Below are positions 8,899 through 16,344 of a DNA stretch of 26,874 bases, one piece after another. The position numbers and the translations under genes were made by a program. The notes below the pieces were generated by a model that saw only the letters and a program-made list of their open reading frames with translations, did no database searches and had not been told where the DNA came from. The first letter of the stretch is position 1. Each line of letters opens with the position of its first letter. The DNA is from a virus (taxonomy: Duplodnaviria; Caudoviricetes), in the IMG/VR virus record IMGVR_UViG_3300032087_002889, positions 1-26,874 of that record. The stretch is one strand, 5' to 3'.

Positions 8899-10187
8899 TG
8901 GAGAAGGTACTAAAAGATAAATTATTGGAAACTAAGCTAATGATGTCTCATGCTAGAAGAAATGAGATAAGAAAACATCTAGATTATTATTCAGGTGTCT
9001 CTACAGACCAGTATATTAATAATTATTTCACAGGGGATGCTTTTAATGAAATACCCCCAACGCTTACTAATTTTACTAGAAAGTTTATAAACAAGATAAG
9101 TAGAATATATAGCTTGGGTGCTAAAAGAACAGCAGGAGATAGTAGTGAAAGATATGCAGAGCTTATTCCCACTAAAGATGTTCGCATGAAACATTCTGAA
9201 AGAATGACTAGATTACTAGGAACTGTTGCTAATAGAGTATATTGGATGGATGGTGTATTTGATTATAGACCTATTTATTATTTTGAGTCATACTTTGACG
9301 AGAATCCATTTGAGCCTAGTGCTATTATATATCCTTTGTTAAATAGCACAGCAGACTTGTCTAATACAGCAGATTTACAGTGGGAATACTGGGATGCAGA
9401 GAAATATGGTGTTATGAATGAAGAAGGTGAGTTGATGTCTGAAATACCTAACCCATATGGCATAATTCCCTTTGTATTTACACACAGAGAAGATCAGATA
9501 GACTCATTTTTTGTAGAAGGAGCATCTGATATTGTAAACTGTAACGAACAGGTTAATATTGCCTTGACTGAAATGAATCTCGGTATGAGGTTTAACATGT
9601 TTGGACAACCGTGGGTAACTGGACTAAGAGCAGACCAAAGTATGTTGAGAGCAGGTTCTAACACTATTTTAGATATGGGAGAAGATGGTGCTTATAATAT
9701 AACTAGCCCATCAGGTAATATTGATGAGGCTATTAATAATATTAAGTTTCAAATGGAATTAGTTGCTACAAATAATCATCTGTGGATTACATGGGCAGAA
9801 TCAGGTGGAGAAGTTCCTAGTGGTATTTCTTTGATGATTAAAGATATGGAAAGAAAAGAAGATTATTATGACGATATAGCTCTTTGGAGAATGTATGAAA
9901 AGCAATTTTATAATGTAGAAAGAGTTATAGCAGAGTATAATGGTATTTCATTGCCTGAAGAATTTGGAGTAGATTTTGAAGAAGTAGAATACCCAAAGAC
10001 AGTTCAAGATCAGATACTTAAAGATGAATTTGATATTAAAAACAATCTTATAACTAGAGCAAAAATAATGGTTAGAGATAATAAAGATTTAACTGTAGCA
10101 CAAGCTCAGTTAATTATAGATGAAAACAGAAGTATTAATGAGCAAGAAAACCCTGTGGTAGTAAATGAAGTTAAAAATAACGACTAA
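8898..10187 (+). CDS. Portal protein (SPP1-like)
   Basis: 429 aa after terL; DYYSG, NFTRKFINK, PNPYGIIPFV, SGISL motifs. Confidence 0.85.
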   Translation: MEKVLKDKLLETKLMMSHARRNEIRKHLDYYSGVSTDQYINNYFTGDAFNEIPPTLTNFTRKFINKISRIYSLGAKRTAGDSSERYAELIPTKDVRMKHSERMTRLLGTVANRVYWMDGVFDYRPIYYFESYFDENPFEPSAIIYPLLNSTADLSNTADLQWEYWDAEKYGVMNEEGELMSEIPNPYGIIPFVFTHREDQIDSFFVEGASDIVNCNEQVNIALTEMNLGMRFNMFGQPWVTGLRADQSMLRAGSNTILDMGEDGAYNITSPSGNIDEAINNIKFQMELVATNNHLWITWAESGGEVPSGISLMIKDMERKEDYYDDIALWRMYEKQFYNVERVIAEYNGISLPEEFGVDFEEVEYPKTVQDQILKDEFDIKNNLITRAKIMVRDNKDLTVAQAQLIIDENRSINEQENPVVVNEVKNND

Positions 10188-10608
10188 TTATAGTTTTTCT
10201 AAGTTATCTGATAATTTAGATAAAATAATGAATGACTCTTTAAAAGACTATTCTAAAAAAGTAGCAGTTAACTCTAAGAAAAGAATAGACAGGGGATTAA
10301 GAAAACTTAATGATGTTACTATAAAGATTAGAAAACATAGGAATCAACCTCCAAGACCAGCATTAAAAGCTAGTGGTGCTTTATATAATAGCATAAAACC
10401 AGTAGATGATGGAATGCAAATATTAGAATATGGAATACTTCAGCATGGTCAATTTGGTGAAAAACCTAAAAGTTTTATTACTGGGGAAGGAAGTGCTGTC
10501 CCTAATAAAGAGGTCTTACCAAGACCATTTATAACTATAAATATAAAAGATAGACAAACAGTAAATAATAAATTTGTTTCTAATCTTAATAAGAATCTAA
10601 AAAAATAA
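10165..10608 (+). CDS. Putative neck/virion morphogenesis protein (Mu gpG / HK97 gp10-like)
   Basis: Basic 147 aa; ALKASGALYNSI...YGILQHG...PRPFI pattern. Confidence 0.65.
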   Translation: MKLKITTNYSFSKLSDNLDKIMNDSLKDYSKKVAVNSKKRIDRGLRKLNDVTIKIRKHRNQPPRPALKASGALYNSIKPVDDGMQILEYGILQHGQFGEKPKSFITGEGSAVPNKEVLPRPFITINIKDRQTVNNKFVSNLNKNLKK

Positions 10609-10647
10609 GTTATTGTATTAAATAAGTTATTATCCATAGATTAATAA

Positions 10648-10887
10648 ATGGATAATGAATTATTAAGGCTACTAATTGATTACATGGTTCAAAGAGAATC
10701 AGATATAGTGGATTTAAACAAAAAAATACTTGAATTAGAAGATTTGATGGTTATAAACAATAACCTACTGGGATTTTTAAGTCAAATTATTGCCCCATAC
10801 CAAAAACAAGAAAATATCATAGATAGAGAAATACAAAACTATTTAGCTAAATATGCTATCGAAAATGAATCTTGGGGTAAGTCATAA
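10648..10887 (+). CDS. Hypothetical coiled-coil protein
   Basis: 79 aa; preceded by TTGTAT-N18-TAGATT 5 nt before the ATG, so possibly leaderless. Confidence 0.65.
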   Translation: MDNELLRLLIDYMVQRESDIVDLNKKILELEDLMVINNNLLGFLSQIIAPYQKQENIIDREIQNYLAKYAIENESWGKS

Positions 10888-11033
10888 TGAATGATTTTGG
10901 GTTTTTAAAGTGTATTTGCTTAAAATGCCATTGGACTTGGGAAGTGTTATCTATAGATCCCGATAGAAACCAAGAATGTCCTGAGTGTAAGTCTTTTGAC
11001 ACTAGAAGTTTTTTAAAGGACTTTGATATTTAA
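10887..11033 (+). CDS. Small zinc-ribbon protein
   Basis: Not in the ORF track; 48 aa with CLKCHWTW...CPECKS; coupled by TAATG. Confidence 0.7.
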   Translation: MNDFGFLKCICLKCHWTWEVLSIDPDRNQECPECKSFDTRSFLKDFDI

Positions 11034-11636
11034 TGCTTTTTCTCGTTTTTCTACTTTTTCCTGCCATTCTTTACGCTGTCTAGGTGTTTGTCTACCTTGT
11101 TTAGGCATTTCTACACCTACAGCCTCTGCTCTTTCTCTCCACCTCCTAGCCTCTCTCCGTTTTTTATTTTTCTTAGCTTTTTTCTTTTCATCTAGCTTTA
11201 TTTGTACAGGATTTTCAGGAACTATTGGTCGTTGTGGAAATACTTGCACTTCTTCAATATCTTCAATAATCTCTGCTTCAACAGGAACTTGCGTATTTAA
11301 GAACTTCTCAAATGGGCTTTGATGGTTATCTACCTCAACTCGTTTTATAAGTTTACCCGAATGTTCTAATACGAGCCTACCAGCCTGAACATTACCAGCC
11401 TCAGCCTCACGAACCATACTATTTAATACATTAGGTAATCTAGCACCAAATGTAACCATATACTTTTGATAATATACTTCTACAAACTCAGGATCTTTGA
11501 ACCAATTTCGTATTGTAGCTGTCGTAACACCAGCTTTATCTGCAACAGCTTGTATTGACGACTCAGGAGCAGAAACTAGCATATCTATAGCGATAGATTT
11601 CTCTGGTTTCCACTTAACTGGCAATGTAACACTCAT
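11013..11636 (-). CDS. Putative terminase small subunit (N-terminal HTH, phBC6A51-like)
   Basis: HTH IQAVADKAGVTTATIRNWFKDPEF, helical core AEAGNVQAGRLVLEHSG, very basic C-tail; GAGGT RBS. Confidence 0.7.
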   Translation of the reverse strand: MSVTLPVKWKPEKSIAIDMLVSAPESSIQAVADKAGVTTATIRNWFKDPEFVEVYYQKYMVTFGARLPNVLNSMVREAEAGNVQAGRLVLEHSGKLIKRVEVDNHQSPFEKFLNTQVPVEAEIIEDIEEVQVFPQRPIVPENPVQIKLDEKKKAKKNKKRREARRWRERAEAVGVEMPKQGRQTPRQRKEWQEKVEKREKALNIKVL

Positions 11637-11658
11637 AATAAACCTCTATTTATGGTAT

Positions 11659-11687
11659 ATTCTACGGACTTTAATTTTTTTATACAA
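11659..11687 (-). promoter_or_regulatory. sigma70-like promoter of the terS-like gene
   Basis: TTGTAT-N17-TAGAAT, 22 nt upstream of the ATG. Confidence 0.65.
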
Positions 11688-11905
11688 GGGATTTTACCTG
11701 AATCCTAATAAGGCAATACTACTACTATACAATACACAAGATAAAAGCGTAGCTTTTATTAGGACTTTCTTTCAAAAAATTTTTTATAAGATTGGGCTAA
11801 GTGTTTGTTATACAACATTTTGTGGGGAATGCGAATACACGCTAAAAATTTCTAAAATATACGCCTATCGGGGGTAAATTCCAAATAAAAAATAAAGTTT
11901 TTTGC

Positions 11906-11934
11906 AAGATAACTAAAAACAGGGACAAAGTCAA
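11906..11934 (-). promoter_or_regulatory. Leftward sigma70-like promoter in the non-coding region
   Basis: TTGACT-N17-TATCTT. Confidence 0.5.
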
Positions 11935-12314
11935 TAGGCAAATTAAAAAACTTTTTTGGGTTGCATTTGTGGGAGGTATGAACGTACAAAATTTAAAATC
12001 CAAAATAAAAAAAAGTTTTATTAGGAATTACGATAAATGTTTTGTATTAATACCATTCTTTTCTCATATATACAAGGGTTAATTTAGTGCCTAGTTGGAT
12101 TCATGCAAAATTGATAGATTTTCACGACGACAAAACGCCAATATATAGCCAAATTCTTTAGATTATGCTTTTTTAGTAGTAACATACTTACGGATCACTT
12201 TCTGTCCATTTAGAGCCTTTTTTGGAGATCCTACGAAGTTTTGTAAAAGTCAAGAAAAAAATTACATAAAATGAATTTTTTTTGGATAGATTTAAAAATA
12301 GATGAAAAAAATAC

Positions 12315-12342
12315 TTGACTTTCTCATAAATTAGAATATTTT
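12315..12342 (+). promoter_or_regulatory. Upstream early promoter candidate
   Basis: A-tract, then TTGACT-N16-TATTTT. Confidence 0.4.
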
Positions 12343-12397
12343 CAAATCATTAATGGGAGCCAAAAAAAAATAAAGTTAAATGATTAACTTTTTTTAC

Positions 12398-12427
12398 TTG
12401 ACACATCCAAAAATAATTTTTTACATT
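12398..12427 (+). promoter_or_regulatory. Main early promoter
   Basis: TTGACA-N18-TACATT, preceded by inverted repeat AAAGTTAA-atga-TTAACTTT (12372-12391); AGAAAGG RBS follows. Confidence 0.65.
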
Positions 12428-12459
12428 TGAACTCAAATTAAATAGAAAGGTTATCAATT

Positions 12460-12813
12460 ATGAAATTAAAAACTACTTACAAACAAATTAAAGAGGGTAC
12501 GCACCCCGAACATTTAATTAAGGTTGGTTATTGTTCTCTTCAGTGGTTGCTAGGCTACAAACAAGCTTTTGCATATTCTTCGGGGCATTATGGTTGGAAT
12601 TGTGATTATTACGAATTTAATCTAAATGGAAAATACTTTGTAATTTCTACAGGATATAGACCGATTGGAAGAGATATTGATTACAAAATAGTAAAAAAAT
12701 ATGAAGATAAGGCTAGTAAATTGATGGGTAATTATGACAAGGAAGTTGTAAAAAATAGACCTCAATTATTAGACAAAGTTATTGAAGAATTTTTAACAGA
12801 AATAGAGGGGTAA
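12460..12813 (+). CDS. Phage early protein of unknown function
   Basis: 117 aa; VGYCSLQWLL...AYSSGHYGWNCDYY...STGYRPIG motifs recalled from other phage hypotheticals. Confidence 0.85.
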   Translation: MKLKTTYKQIKEGTHPEHLIKVGYCSLQWLLGYKQAFAYSSGHYGWNCDYYEFNLNGKYFVISTGYRPIGRDIDYKIVKKYEDKASKLMGNYDKEVVKNRPQLLDKVIEEFLTEIEG

Positions 12814-12816
12814 AAA

Positions 12817-13080
12817 ATGGTACATGATTTTTTAGTTTTATTTGTTTTGTTTGGAATGTTTTTTGGGTTGCTTGGTGTGGTTGGTTGCATTGTCCAAATA
12901 ATTAGGATTGAAATGAAAGAAAAAAGAGATAGAGCAACAAAGGAAACAAATGCAAAAATAGAGTTACTTGAATTTATGGCAAGTCAAACAGATGAAAACG
13001 AGTATTTCAAAATGTGCGATGAATTAGGGCTTTGTAGTAAATCCTCAGTAACTGAAGTAATTCTTGGTATTGAAAAATAA
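12817..13080 (+). CDS. Single-pass membrane protein
   Basis: N-terminal hydrophobic segment FLVLFVLFGMFFGLLGVVGCIVQII; GAGGGG RBS. Confidence 0.75.
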   Translation: MVHDFLVLFVLFGMFFGLLGVVGCIVQIIRIEMKEKRDRATKETNAKIELLEFMASQTDENEYFKMCDELGLCSKSSVTEVILGIEK

Positions 13081-13139
13081 GATTAGCTGAAGATGGCTTT
13101 ATTAGCCGAAACACCCAATATTTTTTGGGTGTCCTAATC
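13081..13139 (+). ncRNA. Type I hammerhead ribozyme 1 (cleavage after GUC, C13133)
   Basis: Stem I GAUUAG/CUAAUC; core CUGAAGA+U; stem II GGCU-uuauu-AGCC; GAAA; stem III CACCCAA-uauuuu-UUGGGUG; GUC triplet. Confidence 0.93.
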
Positions 13140-13158
13140 AAATTAGAAAGGTAATAAA

Positions 13159-13728
13159 ATGAGTGAAAAAAACGTAGTTATCAAAACACAAAAACCAACC
13201 GATGATGATATTAAAATGGTCATTAAGGCTGGGATTACACATAGTTTAGAGCAAGAAAAAATGGCTCAAATCATTGTTGCTGATATTGTTAATATGAATA
13301 AACAACATTGCACTACTAAAATGACTAGGGCTTTAGATGACATTTTTGCTAATGGAGAGGCTGAAGAGATAGACAATACAAAAAAGTTTGTTAAAACTCA
13401 GCTTCAAACTATCATTAAATCAAAAGCCGTTCAAACAGCTTTATTAGGTGAAGATATTAAACTAAAATCTTTGACTATTAAAAAAGTAAACAACGGGGTT
13501 TTAGATGGTGATAAGTGCCTAAATAAAGACAAATTCCAAGATAAGCATTTAGGTTTGTTTAGGGTTATAATTGAAAGCAAAAAAACAACCCCAAAGTCAT
13601 TTGATGAAGAGCTAAATAAACTCATGGAGAAACATGGCAAACATGCAAACGACCTAATCAGTAGTGCTTTAAATTGGTTATCAGTGGAACAGATAATGGA
13701 GGAATTAGAAATAAAACAAGTAGCATAA
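13159..13728 (+). CDS. Hypothetical early protein bracketed by two hammerhead ribozymes
   Basis: 189 aa, Lys-rich, helical; AGAAAGGT RBS; no recognised family. Confidence 0.85.
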   Translation: MSEKNVVIKTQKPTDDDIKMVIKAGITHSLEQEKMAQIIVADIVNMNKQHCTTKMTRALDDIFANGEAEEIDNTKKFVKTQLQTIIKSKAVQTALLGEDIKLKSLTIKKVNNGVLDGDKCLNKDKFQDKHLGLFRVIIESKKTTPKSFDEELNKLMEKHGKHANDLISSALNWLSVEQIMEELEIKQVA

Positions 13729-13734
13729 TCCTGT

Positions 13735-13794
13735 ATTATACTGAAGATGACCTAATGAGGTCGAAACAGGGGTTTTATATCCCCTGTCTATAAT
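13735..13794 (+). ncRNA. Type I hammerhead ribozyme 2 (cleavage after GUC, C13788)
   Basis: Stem I AUUAUA/UAUAAU; core CUGAAGA+U; stem II GACCU-aaug-AGGUC; GAAA; stem III CAGGGG-uuuuauau-CCCCUG; GUC triplet. Confidence 0.93.
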
Positions 13795-13809
13795 TTGGAG
13801 GAATTATTT

Positions 13810-14388
13810 ATGAACTTAAAACAAATTGAGAAATCAAAGCTATTTCAAGATGATTGGAATAATTGCACTGTAATTGCCTCATCAATAGCTTTTAATTTAG
13901 ATTATGACAAAACAAGCCGATTTTATACCCTACATGGTAGAAAATGGAGAGATGGTTTATATCATTGCGATACTGATAGAATCATCAAATTACTAGCCGA
14001 GCAAGAGGGTTATGAGGTTGATTTTTTTGCCTTTGATAAACATGAGGCAAAAATATTAAAAGGCGTTTATAATTGGAAAAGAGGAAAATTTATAAAAAGA
14101 CCTCATTTTCAGCGTTATAAATTCCAAGCTGATAAAAAGAATCCAATGGATTTAATGACCTTAACTCACAATCTAACACCTAACAATCAGCATATGTACT
14201 TAGAAAGAGGTGATTATATTTTAGGCTGTCAAGGTCATGTATTAGCTGTTAAAAATGGATTTGTGGAAGATTGGACAGAGGGTAGAAAACACAGAATAAA
14301 TAAAATTTGGAAGATAACCAAAAAAGATAAAAAAGTTAAATCTTTAACTTTTTCAGAATACTTCAATAATAGAGAAAGGTTGTTCTAA
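13810..14388 (+). CDS. Papain/C39-like cysteine peptidase-fold phage protein
   Basis: NNCTVIASSIA...GHVLAVKNGFVEDW gives a candidate Cys-His-Asp triad; start moved to ATG 13810 after GGAGG. Confidence 0.65.
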   Translation: MNLKQIEKSKLFQDDWNNCTVIASSIAFNLDYDKTSRFYTLHGRKWRDGLYHCDTDRIIKLLAEQEGYEVDFFAFDKHEAKILKGVYNWKRGKFIKRPHFQRYKFQADKKNPMDLMTLTHNLTPNNQHMYLERGDYILGCQGHVLAVKNGFVEDWTEGRKHRINKIWKITKKDKKVKSLTFSEYFNNRERLF

Positions 14389-14600
14389 TGAGCAAAAATA
14401 AAATGAATAAAGTAGTTACAGATATGCAAAAGAAAATAGCACTAGCTGTATTAGATGAAATAGAGGAACTTATAAATACAGGTGTGTTTTATAATTCGGG
14501 TTGGGATGAACCCGAACTAATGAAAGACATGGGTTTTAGGTTTGATGATGATGATTTACTTGGTGGTATTGAATTAGCAAGGGAGTATATCAATGGATAA
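14388..14600 (+). CDS. Hypothetical acidic protein
   Basis: 70 aa, coupled to both neighbours. Confidence 0.7.
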   Translation: MSKNKMNKVVTDMQKKIALAVLDEIEELINTGVFYNSGWDEPELMKDMGFRFDDDDLLGGIELAREYING

Positions 14601-14763
14601 ATTTGTAGTTATTGCTAATTGGGATTCATGCGATTCTATGGTCTATGGGTTGTTTGATTCCATTGAAGATGCCAATGAATTTTGTGATAATTGGAAGTGG
14701 GATGATTACGATTCTAGGCATGAGTTATATTTAGAGGTTGAAAAACTAAGGGAGGTAAAATGA
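14593..14763 (+). CDS. Small acidic hypothetical protein
   Basis: Not in the ORF track; 56 aa MDKFVVIANW...YGLFDSIEDANEF; GGGAG RBS. Confidence 0.7.
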   Translation: MDKFVVIANWDSCDSMVYGLFDSIEDANEFCDNWKWDDYDSRHELYLEVEKLREVK

Positions 14764-14930
14764 ATCATTTATCTGTTTTTCTAGCTATTTGTATAGGATC
14801 AATTTTTGGCTTTTTTATATTAGGTGGTCATTATTTCCTTATATATCTTAATTTATTATTTCCTAGTTTATTTTGGATTTACATGCTAAGTTTACTGATC
14901 AAAAAATTAAGGAGTTTAAAATATGAATAG
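14760..14930 (+). CDS. Small two-TM membrane protein
   Basis: Not in the ORF track; 56 aa, very hydrophobic, basic C-terminus; GGAGG RBS. Confidence 0.7.
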   Translation: MNHLSVFLAICIGSIFGFFILGGHYFLIYLNLLFPSLFWIYMLSLLIKKLRSLKYE

Positions 14931-15354
14931 TGTTAAGAAAGGTATAATTGGAGAGTCATTTACAAAAATTGACTTAATTAAGCGTGGTTTATATCCTCAC
15001 AAAGTAGAGTTAGATGATGATGGAGTAGACTTTATTGTCGAGAAAAAACCACAAGAGATTGGAAAAGGTTTATATACTAAATCCAAAACGTTTACTCTCC
15101 AAGTCAAATATAGAACTATTTACGATAGTAAAGATTCTGTAGTGTTTGATATAAAAAAGACTAGAGCCGATTGGGTTGCATTAGTACATGAGATTGAACA
15201 ACCAAATGGTTTGTCTAGTGCTATTGTAATGTATGTGAAAAACAAGCGTTATAATAAGCGTTGGCAAATTAACATAAGGATTGGTAATAGTTCCAATAAT
15301 AAGCAAACCAAGCTAGTACATTATTGGCAAGATTATATAAATCCTGAGTTTTAA
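14923..15354 (+). CDS. PD-(D/E)xK family endonuclease-like protein
   Basis: GIIGE...DDDGVDFIV...LQVK motif. Confidence 0.7.
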   Translation: MNSVKKGIIGESFTKIDLIKRGLYPHKVELDDDGVDFIVEKKPQEIGKGLYTKSKTFTLQVKYRTIYDSKDSVVFDIKKTRADWVALVHEIEQPNGLSSAIVMYVKNKRYNKRWQINIRIGNSSNNKQTKLVHYWQDYINPEF

Positions 15355-15359
15355 ATTGC

Positions 15360-15388
15360 TTGACTATAATTTATATTATATGTAACTT
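15360..15388 (+). promoter_or_regulatory. Internal sigma70-like promoter
   Basis: TTGACT-N17-TAACTT, followed by an AGGAG RBS. Confidence 0.65.
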
Positions 15389-15411
15389 CAAATCTAACAA
15401 TAGGAGAACTT

Positions 15412-15558
15412 ATGGAGATTATATTAATGTTATCTATTATGGCACTTATAATATGGGTTGCTAAATTGAAAACAGACTTAAACATTGAGAGAATGAAAGT
15501 AGATACTTACAGGTATTATTCTCTCAAACTTAACCATCAAATTAGGGGGATTAAATAA
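15412..15558 (+). CDS. Small membrane-anchored protein
   Basis: Not in the ORF track; 48 aa MEIILMLSIMALIIWVAKLK... Confidence 0.65.
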   Translation: MEIILMLSIMALIIWVAKLKTDLNIERMKVDTYRYYSLKLNHQIRGIK

Positions 15559-15731
15559 TGCTAAATAAAGTTACAAAAAAAGAGTGTATGGAGGCTATCG
15601 AGTATTTATTTACTATGGGTTATACTTTAGAAATGACTAGCGATAAGCGATTTTATACTGAGATACTACTTAAAAAAGTAGCTAATGATTATAATATTAA
15701 ACTTGATGGCATAGATGAGGTTGATGAATAA
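15558..15731 (+). CDS. Small hypothetical protein
   Basis: Not in the ORF track; 57 aa; TAATG coupling at both ends. Confidence 0.7.
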   Translation: MLNKVTKKECMEAIEYLFTMGYTLEMTSDKRFYTEILLKKVANDYNIKLDGIDEVDE

Positions 15732-15991
15732 TGAAAACTAATAGTAGTGAATGGAGAGATAAAGAGGCTGACCAGACTATCAAACATTGTAAGAAATGTA
15801 ATAAGTGTTGGGAAAGGATGGATATTGAAAAGTCTAGATTAGGTGGGCAAACAATAAATAAGTATGTTACGTTCTATGAGGACTTTGTAACATATGGTAA
15901 GGCTAAAGTTACTTGCCCTGTGTGCGAAGGTAAAACATCACATGCACAAATGCTTAGAGATTTTGTCTTATATGAAATAATAAAAAGTTAA
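15731..15991 (+). CDS. Zinc-finger protein
   Basis: CKKCNKCW...CPVC. Confidence 0.7.
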   Translation: MKTNSSEWRDKEADQTIKHCKKCNKCWERMDIEKSRLGGQTINKYVTFYEDFVTYGKAKVTCPVCEGKTSHAQMLRDFVLYEIIKS

Positions 15992-16017
15992 ACGTTTAAC
16001 TAATTAGGAGAACAATA

Positions 16018-16344
16018 ATGTTAAAGGAAAAACAAAAGATAGCATATCTTGAAACAAAGCAGTACCAAAAAGATTGTACTGAGTTTAATAAAGAACTATG
16101 TGATTTATTATCTGAATATGTAAATAGCATGAGCCAATTAAAGTTTGATAAATTTTCTGAGGTTGTGCTACCTACTGTATTAATACATCATATTAGTAAT
16201 TATTTTGAACATAATCTTATAAAAAATGAGGAGTCTTTAGATGCTTTTGTTGGCAGTATAAAAGACACCATAATGGATAATTGTGGCATAGAGCATGAGT
16301 GCAATGATTATAAATTCATTGAGGACTTGGGGGCGATTGCATGA
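16018..16344 (+). CDS. Hypothetical protein; candidate antisense target
   Basis: 108 aa, AGGAG RBS; start region complementary to 22768-22782. Confidence 0.8.
   Translation: MLKEKQKIAYLETKQYQKDCTEFNKELCDLLSEYVNSMSQLKFDKFSEVVLPTVLIHHISNYFEHNLIKNEESLDAFVGSIKDTIMDNCGIEHECNDYKFIEDLGAIA

Noticed and set aside
11497-11877. 126-aa plus-strand ORF entering the control region
   Set aside because: Antisense to the terS-like gene and its promoter, with no RBS.
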